64,000 nucleotides of DNA. It comes from Octopus vulgaris. Lineage: Eukaryota. Where the stretch lies: NCBI GenBank assembly GCA_951406725.2, contig OX597826.1:35898001-35962000 (forward strand). The letters run 5' to 3'. Positions 1 through 14,259 of this stretch are shown here, piece by piece. The position numbers and the translations under genes are program-made. Within the stretch, counting starts at the first letter, position 1. Each line of letters starts with the position of its first letter. The notes below the pieces were generated by a model that was given only the letters and a program-made list of their open reading frames with translations, had not been told where the DNA came from and made no database searches.

Positions 1-1020
1 TGATGATCATGATGATCATGATGATCATGATAATGATGATGATGGTGACGGTGGTGATGATGATAACGATGATGATGAAGTCATTTATATACTTAATGAT
101 TCCACAGGAGCCACTGGATTCCATGAAATATAATCGTTTTGATTAACCAATTTGAGCCAGTTTGTCTCAGCTTTGCTCTAATTTTCAAATAACAAAACAC
201 TATCTTACCAAACCAAATTCTACGTTTCAACTATCACTGTAGTATAAGTTTGCAATTACTCCGAGAATTGGTCAGTGATGTGGGGTGGGGGTAGTAGGAG
301 CTTGAAATTGTCATGCCCTGGTTCATCTCAAAGACATTTATAACAGTCAACAATAGTGATGAGATTGATGATGATGATGGTGGTGAAGGTGACAATGACA
401 ATGGTGGTGATGATGCTGCTGCTGATGATGATGATGACTGAGATGGCTGTGATAATAATAGCGATGATGACAACGATGACGATGATATTGATGTTATTCT
501 CAGGCAATTTATTCTTTGGTATATAAGACAATCTTACAATTTCCTTGCCAAAGAATGTTTAGATTGCTGCTAGTGATGATGGTGGTGGTCGTGGCGGTGG
601 TGGTGGTAGCAGTAGTGGTGGTGGGGGCGGCGGCAGCAGGGGTGGTGGTATTCATAATGATAATAATAACACCAATGATGGTGGTGATGGCGGCAGCGGT
701 GGCGGTTGTGGTGGTGGTGGTGATGGTGGTGGTGGTGGTGGTGGTGGTGGTGGTGGTGGTGGGAGTTGGTATTCTGCTGACAATGATAACGATTATGATG
801 ATGACAGTTTTAATATAAGGCAATGGTGGTGAGGATGGCGACAATAAAGATGGAAAAACGGTGATAATATTTTGATTGCGATGATAGTGTTGATGTTGAT
901 GATGTTGGCGTTGTTGACATTGATGGTGACATGAATGTCAACAACCACGTGGAAGTGATGATGATATAAAAGGTGATAAAGATGACAATGATAAAGGCAA
1001 TAATAATCACTGTGACGATA
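1..1020. repeat. Degenerate (GAT)n/(GGT)n trinucleotide low-complexity tracts
   Basis: Visible tgatga/ggtggt runs at 1-80 and 355-1020; source of the poly-T/V/S ORFs. Confidence 0.9.
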
Positions 1021-1248
1021 ACTGAACACACGCACACACACACACAGAGAAACACACACACACGCACATACACACACACATACACACACACACACACACA
1101 CACGCATACTCACACACACACACTTCTTATATTATCAAACTCTAATTTCCGCAGATAGAACCAAGCTTATCTCATTCCTCTGTGTGCGTGTGTATTTGCT
1201 GCAGTTTTACACTTGTAACAGGAACGGTGTGTCTGTCAGTGCTCTGTA

Positions 1249-1279
<31 letters not shown>

Positions 1280-1659
1280 ATGTATATATATATGCATACG
1301 AATATATAAACATATACACAGATATATATTTATATACATTTATGAATATATATGCATATAAATATATAAACATATACACACATATTTATATATATTTATG
1401 AATATATATACATACATATATATACACACATATATATATGTACATATGTATATATATATATATGCATATATGTATTAATATGCACACACAAAATTATGTG
1501 CATATCTATATATGCATGTTACACACATGCACATATTTTTGCTTCTTGTGTGCATATGTACATTTTCCTTGTTATGTACATTTTAGAGATTATTATATGT
1601 ATATATATAGGATTATATATGTGTATATATATATATTTGTATTTATAGTTTATATATAA

Positions 1660-2070
<411 letters not shown>

Positions 2071-2682
2071 CCTCTGTTTGTTTCTGTGTAAATGTGTATA
2101 TTTGAAAAGCTGTAAACAATTTGCTTTTATAAATTTTATTTCATGTCATGGCTGCTGTCTTTCGCAAGATTTCTCCATAAATGTCGACATGGCATCACCT
2201 GTAGCTTCACAAATTTTATAAATACGAACATTACATGGGAGTAAGGTGGAATTTTGACCTGACTCAAACAACTCTCTACAACCGACAGCTTGTTAATGTC
2301 TGTATTGATAGCAATGTCGTGGGTTGTATATAGAATACAAGAGAGAGAGAGAACAAGAGAACAACCATCACATAAAATGTTCTTGTTGTTTAACCCTGGG
2401 TCAAACCTTGTTGAACAGTCGCATGATCAAAGACATTCCACTAGTTATATCCAGCATTTTTTGCTTTTATATCTAGACCTAAATGTCTAATGTGTTCTTA
2501 CTTCTTTTTTTAAGGAGAGTACAGTGTGTTATTTCTATCTTGTGGTGCTAACATGTAGATATCTACACTCTAGGCTCATGCACATACACTTATGTGTAAA
2601 TATACACACACACACGCACACACTCATATATATATGTATACATATTTATGCATAAACATATATATATATGTATATATATATG

Positions 2683-2767
<85 letters not shown>

Positions 2768-2959
2768 TCTTTTAGTATTTCCTTACCTGTATCAGTCAAT
2801 TGACTGTGGCCATGCTGGAGCACCGCCTTTACTCAAATGAATCAACCCCCAGGACTTTTTCTTTGTAAGTCTAGTACTTACAAAGACCTAACCAGCCTGC
2901 ATCCAACAGCTGATCACATGACAATCATCATGTGACCAAAAGTCCACCAACTGTCACTC

Positions 2960-3588
2960 CTACCTACCTACATACCTACCTATCTGCCTGCCTGTCTACC
3001 TACTTATCTGCCTGCCTGTCTACCTACCTACCTTCCTACCTACCTACCTACCTACCTACCTACCTACATGCCGACCTACCTACATACCTACCTACTTACC
3101 TACTTATGTACCTGCCTACCTACCTATCTTCCTACCTACATACCTACCTACCTATTTGCCTACCTACCTAATTATCTGCCTGCCTACCTACCTACTTACA
3201 TACGTATGTACGTACGTACGTACCTACCTACCTACCTACTTACCTACCTACCTACCTACCTACCTACCTATCTGTCTACCTACCTCCCTACCTCCCTATC
3301 TACCTACCTACCTACCTACCTACCTATCTACCTACCTATCTACCTATCTACCTACCTACCTGCCTACCTACCTACCTACCTACCTACCTACCTACCTATC
3401 TATCTACCTACCTACCTACCTACCTACCTACCTACCTACCTGCTACCAACCTGCCTACCTACCTACCTATCTACCTACCTACCTATCTACCTACCTACCT
3501 ATCTACCTACCTATCTACCTACCTACCTATCTACCTACCTACCTACATACCTACCTACCTGCCTGCCTGCCTGCCTACCTGCCTACTC
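2960..3588. repeat. (CCTA)n tetranucleotide microsatellite
   Basis: ctacctac periodicity over ~630 bp; explains the LPTY ORFs. Confidence 0.97.
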
Positions 3589-3910
3589 CATTGTTATTCA
3601 TATATTTGGCTTTCATTCTTGGAATTAAGCAAGTAGAGTTTTATGAATCCTGTTCTCAGTTGGAATCTCCAAACAGCAACCCTGATCCCTACAGAACATA
3701 AACACCATATTTATTTGTTCTCTGATGTATAACAATTTAGCTGTGACCGAAATTTCTATCAAACCAAATTCTATATTTCTCTAATTCACTGAATCTCAAG
3801 CTGATACATTCAACAGTTCCTTATTAATACAACCATTCCTTTGTGTCAGACAAATTCTACAACCATGTGCCTAGCATTTTCCTCTTTCTCTTCCTTGCCC
3901 TCATTTCCTT

Positions 3911-3948
<38 letters not shown>

Positions 3949-4052
3949 TCTCTCTCACAGTGTATGCATATGTGTGTTTGTGTGAACATATATACATACA
4001 TGCATATATCTATATACATATATGTACGCTCTCATGTATATATGTGTGTGTG

Positions 4053-4179
<127 letters not shown>

Positions 4180-4273
4180 GTATATATATATGTACGCAGG
4201 TTTGTACACAGATACAAATGTTTATGTATTTCATTCAAATTTATATACATAAATATCTGCTTCATTCATATAT

Positions 4274-4630
4274 AAAGGGTCAAAGCTGGTAACAAAAACA
4301 GGACAGTGGAGACATACAAGGAAACCAAAAGAAAATGACTTCATGTGGTCTAACGACCCTCCATGTTTGTTTTCGTTCGATCCCCTCATATGTCCCCACT
4401 GTCCTGTTTTTGTTACCAACTCTGACCCTTTGCAAAATCCCAAATTTCATTTTTGTTTTTGCGAGAGCAACTGCCTTTCAAAGTCTCATGTTGTCATTCA
4501 GTGCTTGAAATGAGAAGTAGATGGACAGCCAACAACTGATGAAGGGTCGTTCTTTATGTTACTTGTCCTGTTTTCCATTTGTTTCTCTCATTTGCATAAC
4601 CAACCTTGTTTATATATTTCATGTTGTTTA
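4274..4630 (+). mobile_element. Small TA-embedded element starting with a fold-back; putative Penelope-like pLTR remnant
   Basis: 43-bp arms at 4274-4316 and 4389-4431 with 3 mismatches; CTGATGAAG near 4536; (TA)n on both sides. Confidence 0.45.
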
Positions 4631-4783
4631 CATTTTGTGACATCCTGTACCCATATATGCATACACACACACGCACACACATACATATATATATACTAAT
4701 ATGTGCATATATATACATATATATATATACATATATATGTATATATGTACATATATGCATCTATATATGCATGTATATTTATG

Positions 4784-4831
<48 letters not shown>

Positions 4832-7800
4832 ATATGTATATATATGTATAAGTATATATGCATGTGTATATAAATATTATTAAGATGCTGTAATTCATTC
4901 ACTTAGACATCATTCAAGGAGTAAACCAAATCTTTTCCTTTCATCACTTTTATTTTTATCTAATTATGTGACTACCTTTCTATTACGAAACCTTTAATTC
5001 TCTATCCACCTCCTCAACCCTCTTCCCCCGTTTCTCTCATATGTGTGTCTGTGCATGTGTGGATATGTATAGATATATACATGTGTATGTGGATATGTGT
5101 GTGTGTTTTTTTCTTTTTTTGATGGCGGGTAGTTCTATCAAATCTTTTTCTGTGATTCATTAATAGAAGCGTATTGCTTACGATATAATTGCATCTCTTT
5201 TGACAGGTCATCTACCGACATTCAATACGCCACCACCATCACCACCAATACTACCACCACCACCACCACCAACACTTCCACCATCACAACCATCAGTGCC
5301 ACAACCATGGCTACATTAACTCTACTATTGCGACCACCACCACTGCTGCCAACAAAGGCACCATTACAAATGTTGTTTATTATGCAATAAATAGCAGCTA
5401 AATCCCCCTTTTAAATTGCAAACTGCTGTCTTTGACTATGCCTGAGATAAAACTAGAAATGATTCAGGTGGAAATTTCATAACTGATATTTTTGAACACA
5501 AACCTGCTCAATCAAAGCTGACTTGGGGCTAAAATAAAACTACAACAAGAACAATAATAAAAATAAGATAAAAAGTGACTTCAACAACAACAAAAAGCTA
5601 GAAATAACAGCTAAACACCTAAATAACACCTTGTTTAAAATGGGAAGGTGGTGTTTATGCTTTTTTATGTTTTAGTGAAGAGGGGAAAGTGGTTGCCATG
5701 ACCCTTTATAGAGGTTCTGAAACTGTTTGAAAGAAGAAAGGAATGTATCCCCAAGCTAGACACCTGACATGTATACTTGTAATAGGGTGAGCCCTGCTAA
5801 AAGCATCCAAGGACCAGGTGGTGGTGTTTAAAATGGGAGATGGATTAAGACCACGAGTATGTTGGACCAAAGCAGGATTTGAACTTAGTAACTCAAAGAG
5901 CCAAGTTCTCATCTCTTTACATTCTTTGTTTGAATATCACCTATTTAAATGGTAAATTTAATCTGTTGTCCAAAGACAGCCCATTTCATTGCATTAGTTA
6001 GAATCCCACCATGACATCCAATCTGATATTGTCTCCTTACAGTTCTACCAATTCATTTCCATAGATTGGTACAGTTTTATTTGACCCTGAAGTGATAGAA
6101 GGTGAAGTTGACTTTGATGAGATTTGAACTTAGAGCAATGACATCCTAAACAAGTATCACAAAGCGCAGTCTACCTGATCTTCTAACCATTCTGCCAGTT
6201 CGTCTCATTTGTTCCCTTTATAATCCAAACTTCATAACCCACCCTTCCTCTCATTTTTAGCCTGCTTTGTGATTGTTTTGCAAAGCTTTTTCTATGTAAG
6301 TTCCTTGATTTTTATCAAAGGTGTTTGAAAAAATTGTTAAGGATTCACGATTTTGATCATATCACCAACCAGGGAATTTTTCTGCTGTGAACAAATATTT
6401 AACTACTTGCTGACTTTGAAGACAAAAAGATGCAGGTGATAGATTATCTTCCTGCTAATGTTCTAGGAATTTGGGAATTTACAAAGGGTTCTTTAGTTTG
6501 CAAACCTAAATGCAGAAAAACACAAAAAGAAAATTAAAACAATACATGTCAAAAAAATGAAATATCTATGTACCATCTACAAATAAACTTTGATGGATGA
6601 TCTGATGTAGATAGGGATCTTGTGGCAAATGGCATAGCTTGGCACTAAAGCATGGTAAATAAAAGGGCTCATTTGTTTCATCCATTTTTTTTTACTTCAG
6701 TTTTTCTGTGCTAGTAAGGGTTAGATGAGCATATATATTTTGAGGCATTGTTTTACGGCTGGATGCCTGTCTTGTCACAAACCCATATCTAATTGTTAGG
6801 AAAAGGGATTTATTATTCTACATATTTTCAAACATACATGCCCAGTAAAAGGTTTGTGCACAACGGTATAGTAACAAAGTCTTCAGTTATAGTATGTTGA
6901 CTTTTCAGTAAGAGAGCAGGTATAAACCTTCACACATATTTGTGTGGTCACCTGCTTCGTCACACACATAAATACATACATACATATATATACACACACA
7001 CACATATATGTATATAAAATAGAACAAAAATGCAATAGAGGACAATAAAACATACAGACAGACAGATGATACAAAGGTGGATAGGAAAAATAACAATTAG
7101 AGGGGTAGGAAAAAGGATGTGTCATTTGTGGCCTTCTTTCATCAGTCAAGTTGCCAGATGTCCTTACAGTTTCGGGTAGTTACACTTGAGACTGTTCAAT
7201 CTGGTTGCCCCCCCAAAAAGTCTTAGCTAAGAGCATTAGATTTTTGTAAGAAAGTAAGCGAATGTGTACGACAGCAAAGACAAAAAGTGGAGAACATATT
7301 ACACAATTACAAATACAAACAACAAGAATATAACAATAAGTGTCTTTCAACTATTGAGGACAAATCAAGTTGAGCTGGCATGTATCAAGTGAAAGCCTTA
7401 AGGCAGGAACATAGGAGATGGACATAAGTGATGTTAGTAGTCGGCAGTCAGGTCAAGAAAGAAAGATTGTGGCTGGCCAAACACTGGTTATGTGGAATTA
7501 AAAGAGAGGGGTAGGGAGCAGAGACAGACAGTTGTGGGATAGATTGATAGATAGGTAGATAGCTATGTGACAGGCTTCTCTCAGTTTCTATCTAACTTAT
7601 TCCCTAGCAAGACATTATTTGGTTGAATACAAGAGTAGATGACATTTGTGTAGTGCTGCCTTGTGAGGTTGAACCAGAAACCATATGGCTGGGAAGGAAA
7701 CATCGTAACAACACAGCAATGCTTGCTCCTTTTATGACTAGTGGTTTTTTCTGTTACCTAAACTGAACTAAAGAATCTAAAACATAAAATATTGGTATCA

Positions 7801-7890
7801 AATCAATGAAATTTCTTTGTCAACAAAATGGTTTTAATTAATCAAGATGTGATTCTTAGATTTATCATATCAATTATTATATCAATTATT

Positions 7891-7905
7891 TTGTTTCAGG
7901 TAAGT
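7891..7905 (+). other. Candidate recursive splice site (ratchet point)
   Basis: ttattttgtttCAG|GTAAGT: acceptor directly abutting a consensus donor. Confidence 0.4.
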
Positions 7906-9474
7906 TAACATGGTTCCAATTCTCAAGTAGAAACAATGTCTCTTGTAATGCTAAAGCCTTTGTAAAAAGCATTAATGCCACAACTTCCCTACCACTTTTC
8001 TCTCTTCTCCTACTTACAAAAATACTAATACCTCTGTGAGATGGATCATCCTGATCCAAGTCAGAATTACTATCCTCTGCGATGTGATGGACAAGCACAT
8101 CTCATTTTGACCTTTCAATAGCTTTATACAAATGGGATTCACTTTCTCCTCCTGTAGCTTGTATTTCCTCATTAATAGAGACAGGGTTTCCTTTGGTGAG
8201 GCAGAAATTGCATGAATCAGTTTGTTGAAGCTTGCATCTACCACATGCCAACTTCTCACAGTTCAAGGCTGGCTGAGGTCGGAACCCAGTCATAATGTCT
8301 TATTTGAATGATCCTTTTCTAGTCAACTACAGCTGAAAGCCCTTCCTAACACCAGTCACTCTACGCCTTGTATTGGATGTATTTTATCACAGAACCAGCA
8401 CTAGAAAACTTGTATCTCAGACTAAAAGGTCCTTCAACTCAATGTTGTTAATTCATCAATCACTTCACAGAACATACTGGGTGTTTTTATCATGGTACCA
8501 ATAAAAGAGATATTGCTTGGTCTCAGACTAAAATTGCCCTCAACCTTTTCTAGTCTCTACTCATTTGCTAACCCTTTTGTTGAGAATACTGGGCACATTT
8601 ATTCATAGGAACAGGACTCCTGAGGTAGCCTTGTGACTCATAAGACTAAAGAGTCCTCATTCCTCCACAGTGTCTCCTTTCAGTCGAGCAAACAAAATGA
8701 AGATGAACAGTCACGTCAAATGCTGTAGTGATATAAATAATGAATTCATAAATTATTTCCCTTACAACAAACAGATGAGGCAAGGGCTTCTAAACAGCTG
8801 CTCAATCTGCAAGAAACCCCAGCTAAATCACTTTCTTATCACTACTAACTTAGAAAGTGAAGGCTACAAGGAATAATATACTCCTAGATAGTTCTTCAAA
8901 TATTTTGTCAAATTTAGATTACATTTGACGTTAAGTGTACTTTATATTTCCATATCGATGCTTTCAGTAAATGACAAAATCTTGTATCAACACCTTCTGA
9001 ACCACTCACGGAAATCATAATGGATCATATAATATCACAACTTCATAGATTAGTTAACATTCTGCAAACATCGATACACATGACAATCGGTTAAAACTTG
9101 TGAAACCATAAATGTAAGATATTCTTACAAAATATGGAACTTATCTTAGCGTCTTCTTGCCTGTTATTCTAGCAGGCAAGGTTTCCATCATTCCCTTTAC
9201 CAATCTCAAAATATCTCAAAGAAGAAACTAACAACAATCTTTAACAAAACCATTGATAACAGACTTACTTTGCTTCACTTATACAAAATGTGTAACCATG
9301 ATCTCAGTCCCATATGATAATCTCTGTTAACACTGGGATTATATTAATGGTAAGGGAAGGACAGAAAGTAGAAGACAAATGGGAAAGGAGGGGAGGGTGC
9401 AGGAAGGGCAGAGTATTAACAGAGGATGATTTCAGTTATAAGGTATGACATGGTAATACATAGATAAATTAAGA

Positions 9475-10620
9475 TATGGTGGTGGTTTGTAGGGGTGTCT
9501 GGGATGGTAGAGATAGTGGTTTAGGGTGGGGAGGTAGTGGCAATGATGGTGATTGTGGCAGGGTTGTTGGGCTGGTGATGGTAATGAAAGCAGTGGTGAT
9601 GGCAGTGGTGGTGGCAGTGGTGGCAGAAGTGGTGGTGGTGGTGGTTGAGGCAGTAGTGAGTTGGTGATGCAATAGCAGTAGTTGGGATATCGATATTGGT
9701 GCTGCCATTGGTGGTGGTTGTGTGTGGAAGGGCGGTGAGAGGGCAGTGATTTAGCAGCAATGGTTGGAGTAAAGGGGATGATGGGAGGGGAAAGCCTTGC
9801 ATTGGTGGTGTTGACCAAAGTGGTGACAATAGCATTGATGGTGGTGGTGATGGTCTGTAGTAGGGGTGGTAGTGTTCATTGTACCATTAGGAGTAGTAGT
9901 GTTAGTGGTGGTAGTCATAGTGGTGCTCATAGTCATGAATGAACTAATGAGGAGGTGGAGGAGGAATCGAACATAACAATTTGAAACCTTGGCACAGGGC
10001 CAGCAGGTTTTTGGCAAGGTAGGGTGGGGTGGGTCAAGTCAATTGCATTGGCCCCCAGTATTTGACTGGTACATACTTTCATTGTCACCAGAAGACTGAA
10101 AGGCAAAGTCAACCTCAGCACAGTCACATATCCTGCCAACATAATAACCACAATAAGAAAAGTTGGTGGGGAGGATAACGACAATGATGGCAATGATAAT
10201 AAAGACAATGATGGTGGGTGGGGATGGAAATGGTGATGAGGATGGTGGTGGTGGCGGTGGTAGTGCAGCTGATGCTGGTGCTAATGGCGATGGTGAAGAT
10301 GATCATGATGATAATGATGATGATGGTAGTGGTGATGGTGGTAGTGATGATGATGGTGGAGGGGTGATAATGATGTGGATGATGGTAATATGATGATGAT
10401 GGTGGTGGTAGTGGTGGTGATAATGATGATGATGGCGATGGTGATAATGATGGCGACGGTGGTGGTGATGATTATGATGGGTAATGAAGAGAGCATCAAC
10501 AACAATAACAACAACCGACATACTATTACTGGTAAAGAAGTTGCTATTGATGAAAATAGCAATGGCGGTGATGATGATGATGATGATGATGGCGGTAGTG
10601 GTGGTGGTGGCGACAATGAT
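9475..10620. repeat. Degenerate (GGT)n/(GAT)n low-complexity region with an embedded SINE fragment (~9990-10120)
   Basis: Trinucleotide periodicity; SINE core gaaaggcaaagtcaacctcagc near 10100. Confidence 0.85.
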
Positions 10621-12196
10621 GAAAACAAGGATTTAACTCAAAGCAAATCCAATCATTTGGAATGGTTCTGGAAAATGATTACACAAAACGATACAGATGA
10701 TGTTCCTCTTCTTTTTTAATCTGTTATGTGATTGTGTACGTATGTATGTACAGGTATGTGTGTGTGTATGTGTGAATGCACGTGTGTGTGTGTGTGTGTG
10801 TGTGTTCCTTCTTCCATTGCTGAGTGCTGCCTGAAGATATCCACAGATGACACACTTCATTGAACACACACATACACTCACACACACAGACACATACACA
10901 CTGGCATACACATATTCACACAAAACAACATAAAAATATAAAAACTAAATCAAAGTAATAGAAAGTGTATATATAGAGATACATACATATGTGTGTATAC
11001 AGACATACATGTGTGTGTATGGGTATATCTGTGTGTGTGTGTGTGTGTATATATATACATATATATGTATAGATATATGTATATATATATATATATATAT
11101 ATACAAATAGATATATGTAGATATTTATAGATATATAGATAGATATATTGATATATATGTATGTATATATGTGTGTATATGCGTAATATATATATATATA
11201 TATATATATAAATATATATATATAAATATATATATATAAACATGCACACATACACTGACACATACGTAGACCAAATGCAGAGGAAAAATACTAAAGGAAC
11301 CGAATAAAACAAAAATAAAAAAAATTACCAAATAACCAAAAAACAATTAAAACATGCAAGAAGGAACACACACATGCACACACAGAAATGCACATGCATG
11401 CACACACATATGCACAGACATACGCATGTACATATAAATACACGCTTACATCAACAGCAAAAATTAGAAAGAGAGGGGGGAAAAAATATCCTCCAAAAAA
11501 AGAAAAACAAAAAAGAAGAGAAAAAGTATTGATAATGATACAAGTTATCAGATGTTATCTTTAGGAGTTGGTGTCAGTAACAAGTTGGTTCGGAAACAAG
11601 TATCGTGAATAATTTAGGGCATTGGTTTGAATAGGAAAAGCAAAGGTGGGGAGCGGTGGCGGAAGTGGTGGTGGTGATGGCGGTGGAGGTGGCGGGGGAG
11701 AGGGGGAGAAACGGCAAAATAGAAAATGGAAATAAAAGAGAAGAAGAGGTAAAAGTGATGTGGTGGAAAAAAAATAAGAAAAGAAATAAGACAAAACAAC
11801 AAAAAAAAATAACACAGAAAGCTAAAGAGTCAGAAAGTATCACCTTTGCAAAGCATTGAAAAACATTTTCTGAGATGGTTGATAAAATACATTCTAGCTG
11901 CTCACTTGTATTAGTTCTCGTTCACTGCCAATCTAATGCTGGTGTGTGCATAGACACACACACACACACAGACGCATGCAACACACACACACAGACGCAT
12001 GCAACACACACATCTATACATAAATATACGCATCTGTACATCTACCTATATATATATATTTATGCTTACATATACACACACACATATATACATGTATACG
12101 CATAAATTTATGCATCTGTATATGGGCATGTGTGTATATCCATATATATATATATATGGTTATATATATATATGGTTATATATGTATGTGTGTGTA

Positions 12197-12243
<47 letters not shown>

Positions 12244-13429
12244 GTATATACATGTATATATATGTGTGTGTGTGTATATATATCATATTTATCTACCTTA
12301 TTTATCTATCTACCTATTTATCTATGCACACACACATATATGTAACACATACATGTGCGTATATATATATGTATATGTGTGTGAGCGTTTGAGACTGCAT
12401 ACACTTATGAGTGTATGCATGCATATATATATACATATATATACATATGGATGTATATGTGTGTATATATAAATATATATATATACATGTATGTATATAT
12501 TAATATATGTACACAAGTTATATTTGTAGGAGTATACATGTACACACACACACATGCATGTAGACGAGTTATATTTATAGATTTATATATGTCAAGGTGT
12601 AATAAGCAGGGAGCAGAGTGGATATCATTTTTATAACGTTTCTTCTTTATATTTTTATGTTTTCTTCATTGCCTTTTTTTCATTAAAAAAAGAAGTTAAG
12701 ACATTATGGTGGTTAACTTTTGACATGATCAGAACAGACACAAGTTGTGGTGTGAGGATAATGATAAATGAGAATTTGTGATGTGATAATCATTATTAAT
12801 GAATGAATATTTAATTTGAACTATTAAGGCACCAATACACACATATTGATCAATGACTTTACTTATTACATGTATATAGGAGAAATTGTGATCAATTTTA
12901 AGGCAGAGGACCATGAGAACCATTATAGCATTGAATAGAATGCTATGCAGTCTCTGTTCCGGATCCCTACACCCTGTGTTCAAATCCAGTGAAGTTTAAC
13001 TTTGTTCTTTATTCCTTTAGGGTTGATGAATAATGTAAAATTCCAGCATGGTACTTGTATAGCCCTGTGGTTAAGGACTTTGCAACCTGACCACTTGGTT
13101 CTGAGTTCAGTCACACAGCATGACAACTTGAGCAAGTGTCTTCTATCATAGTCCTGACCTGAACTAAGACTTGTGAGTGGATATGGTAGATGGAAACTGA
13201 AAGAAACTCATCGTATATACACAAGAAATTTTGCTCATTCCCTCAGCAAATTATGAGCATTATGATTATTATATAAATCCGAGCTTCCTGAAACAGCTGT
13301 TGAGTGACCTTGTACTCTGTAATAAGGATTTCTGTATTTTTTTATGCTCTCTGTAAATATATTCATATGTCTATGTATATATGTATGTGTTTGTCTTTTT
13401 GTACATATGTAGACATATGTGTATCTATA

Positions 13430-13572
13430 TAATCCCAACCTTTTCAGTATCAAGGACCTCTTTCCTTAAAATGAATTTTCCCACAGACCCCAGGATATTG
13501 AAAGGTCTGTCAGTTTAACATGGTCATGGACCCCCAATGCTACCTTTGCAAACCACAGGTTGGTAACCACTG
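13430..13572. mobile_element. Degenerate hAT/Charlie-like MITE
   Basis: Right end aggttggtaaccactg matches the hAT TIR pattern; left end degraded (cccaacctttt). Confidence 0.5.
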
Positions 13573-13672
13573 GTGTGTATGTGTGTGTATGAAACCTAAT
13601 TGTGTTTATTGTTTATTTGCATCACAACCTCTCTTCCCCTCTCTCTCTCATTATATATATGTATACATATAT

Positions 13673-13920
13673 AAGGAAATCAGAAAATGGAGATACAATT
13701 AGTATACATCAATTATCATTTGTTATAATCAATTGTTATTCATGAATTGTATCTCCATTTTGTGATTTCCTTGAATGTTGATTAAGTCTTGTTTATTTGC
13801 GTCATTACCTATCATTTATGAGCCTTAATACCAATGCTGATGATTAAATATAGGTAAAACACTAGTGGATTCATTGGATGTGAGTATCTCTTTGATGGTT
13901 CTTATAACCTCTAACTTAAC
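13673..13920 (+). mobile_element. Fold-back plus degenerate hammerhead element; putative Penelope pLTR/retrozyme remnant
   Basis: 28-bp arms at 13673-13700 and 13745-13772 (1 mismatch), then ccaatg-CTGATGA...aaaa-cactagtg...cattgg. Confidence 0.5.
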
Positions 13921-13927
13921 TTACCTA

Positions 13928-14259
13928 CAGGGGTTGGACAAAATAATGGAAACACCTTAAAATTTCAAACAAATTTATTTTAATATGTGTAGGAGTGCCT
14001 TTGGCTTAAATTCTGTGAGGTATGGACTCGTATAAAGTTTGAACTGTTTCCAAAGGAATTTTTGCCCATTCTTCAGCTAAAACAGTCCTCAGTTCTTGTA
14101 GTGATGATGGTGGAGGATATCAACTCCTTACTTGTTTCTCTAAAATGCACCATAAATGTTCAATAATATTGAGATCTAGGGACTGTGGTGGCCAGATAAG
14201 GTGTTCAACTTCACAAGAATGTTCCTTGTGCCACTCAGTAACAACTTTAGGTGTGTGAA
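13928..14259 (-). mobile_element. Tc1-family transposon 3' fragment (DDE transposase C-terminus plus one TIR), pseudogenised
   Basis: Minus-strand translation IHTPKVVTEWHKEHSCEVEHLIWPPQSLDLNIIEHLWCILEKQVRS*YPPPSSLQELRTVLAEEWAKIPLETVQTLYESIPHRI matches the Tc1 WPxxSPDLNxIExLW motif; TA followed by TIR CAGGGGTTGGACAAAATAATGGAAACAC at 13928. Confidence 0.92.

Noticed and set aside
2932-3701. LPTY-repeat ORFs up to 186 aa
   Set aside because: (CCTA)n microsatellite lacking stops
7886-8293. Adjacent minus-strand ORFs with globular-looking sequence
   Set aside because: In-frame stop between them, no recognisable domain, no convincing splice sites
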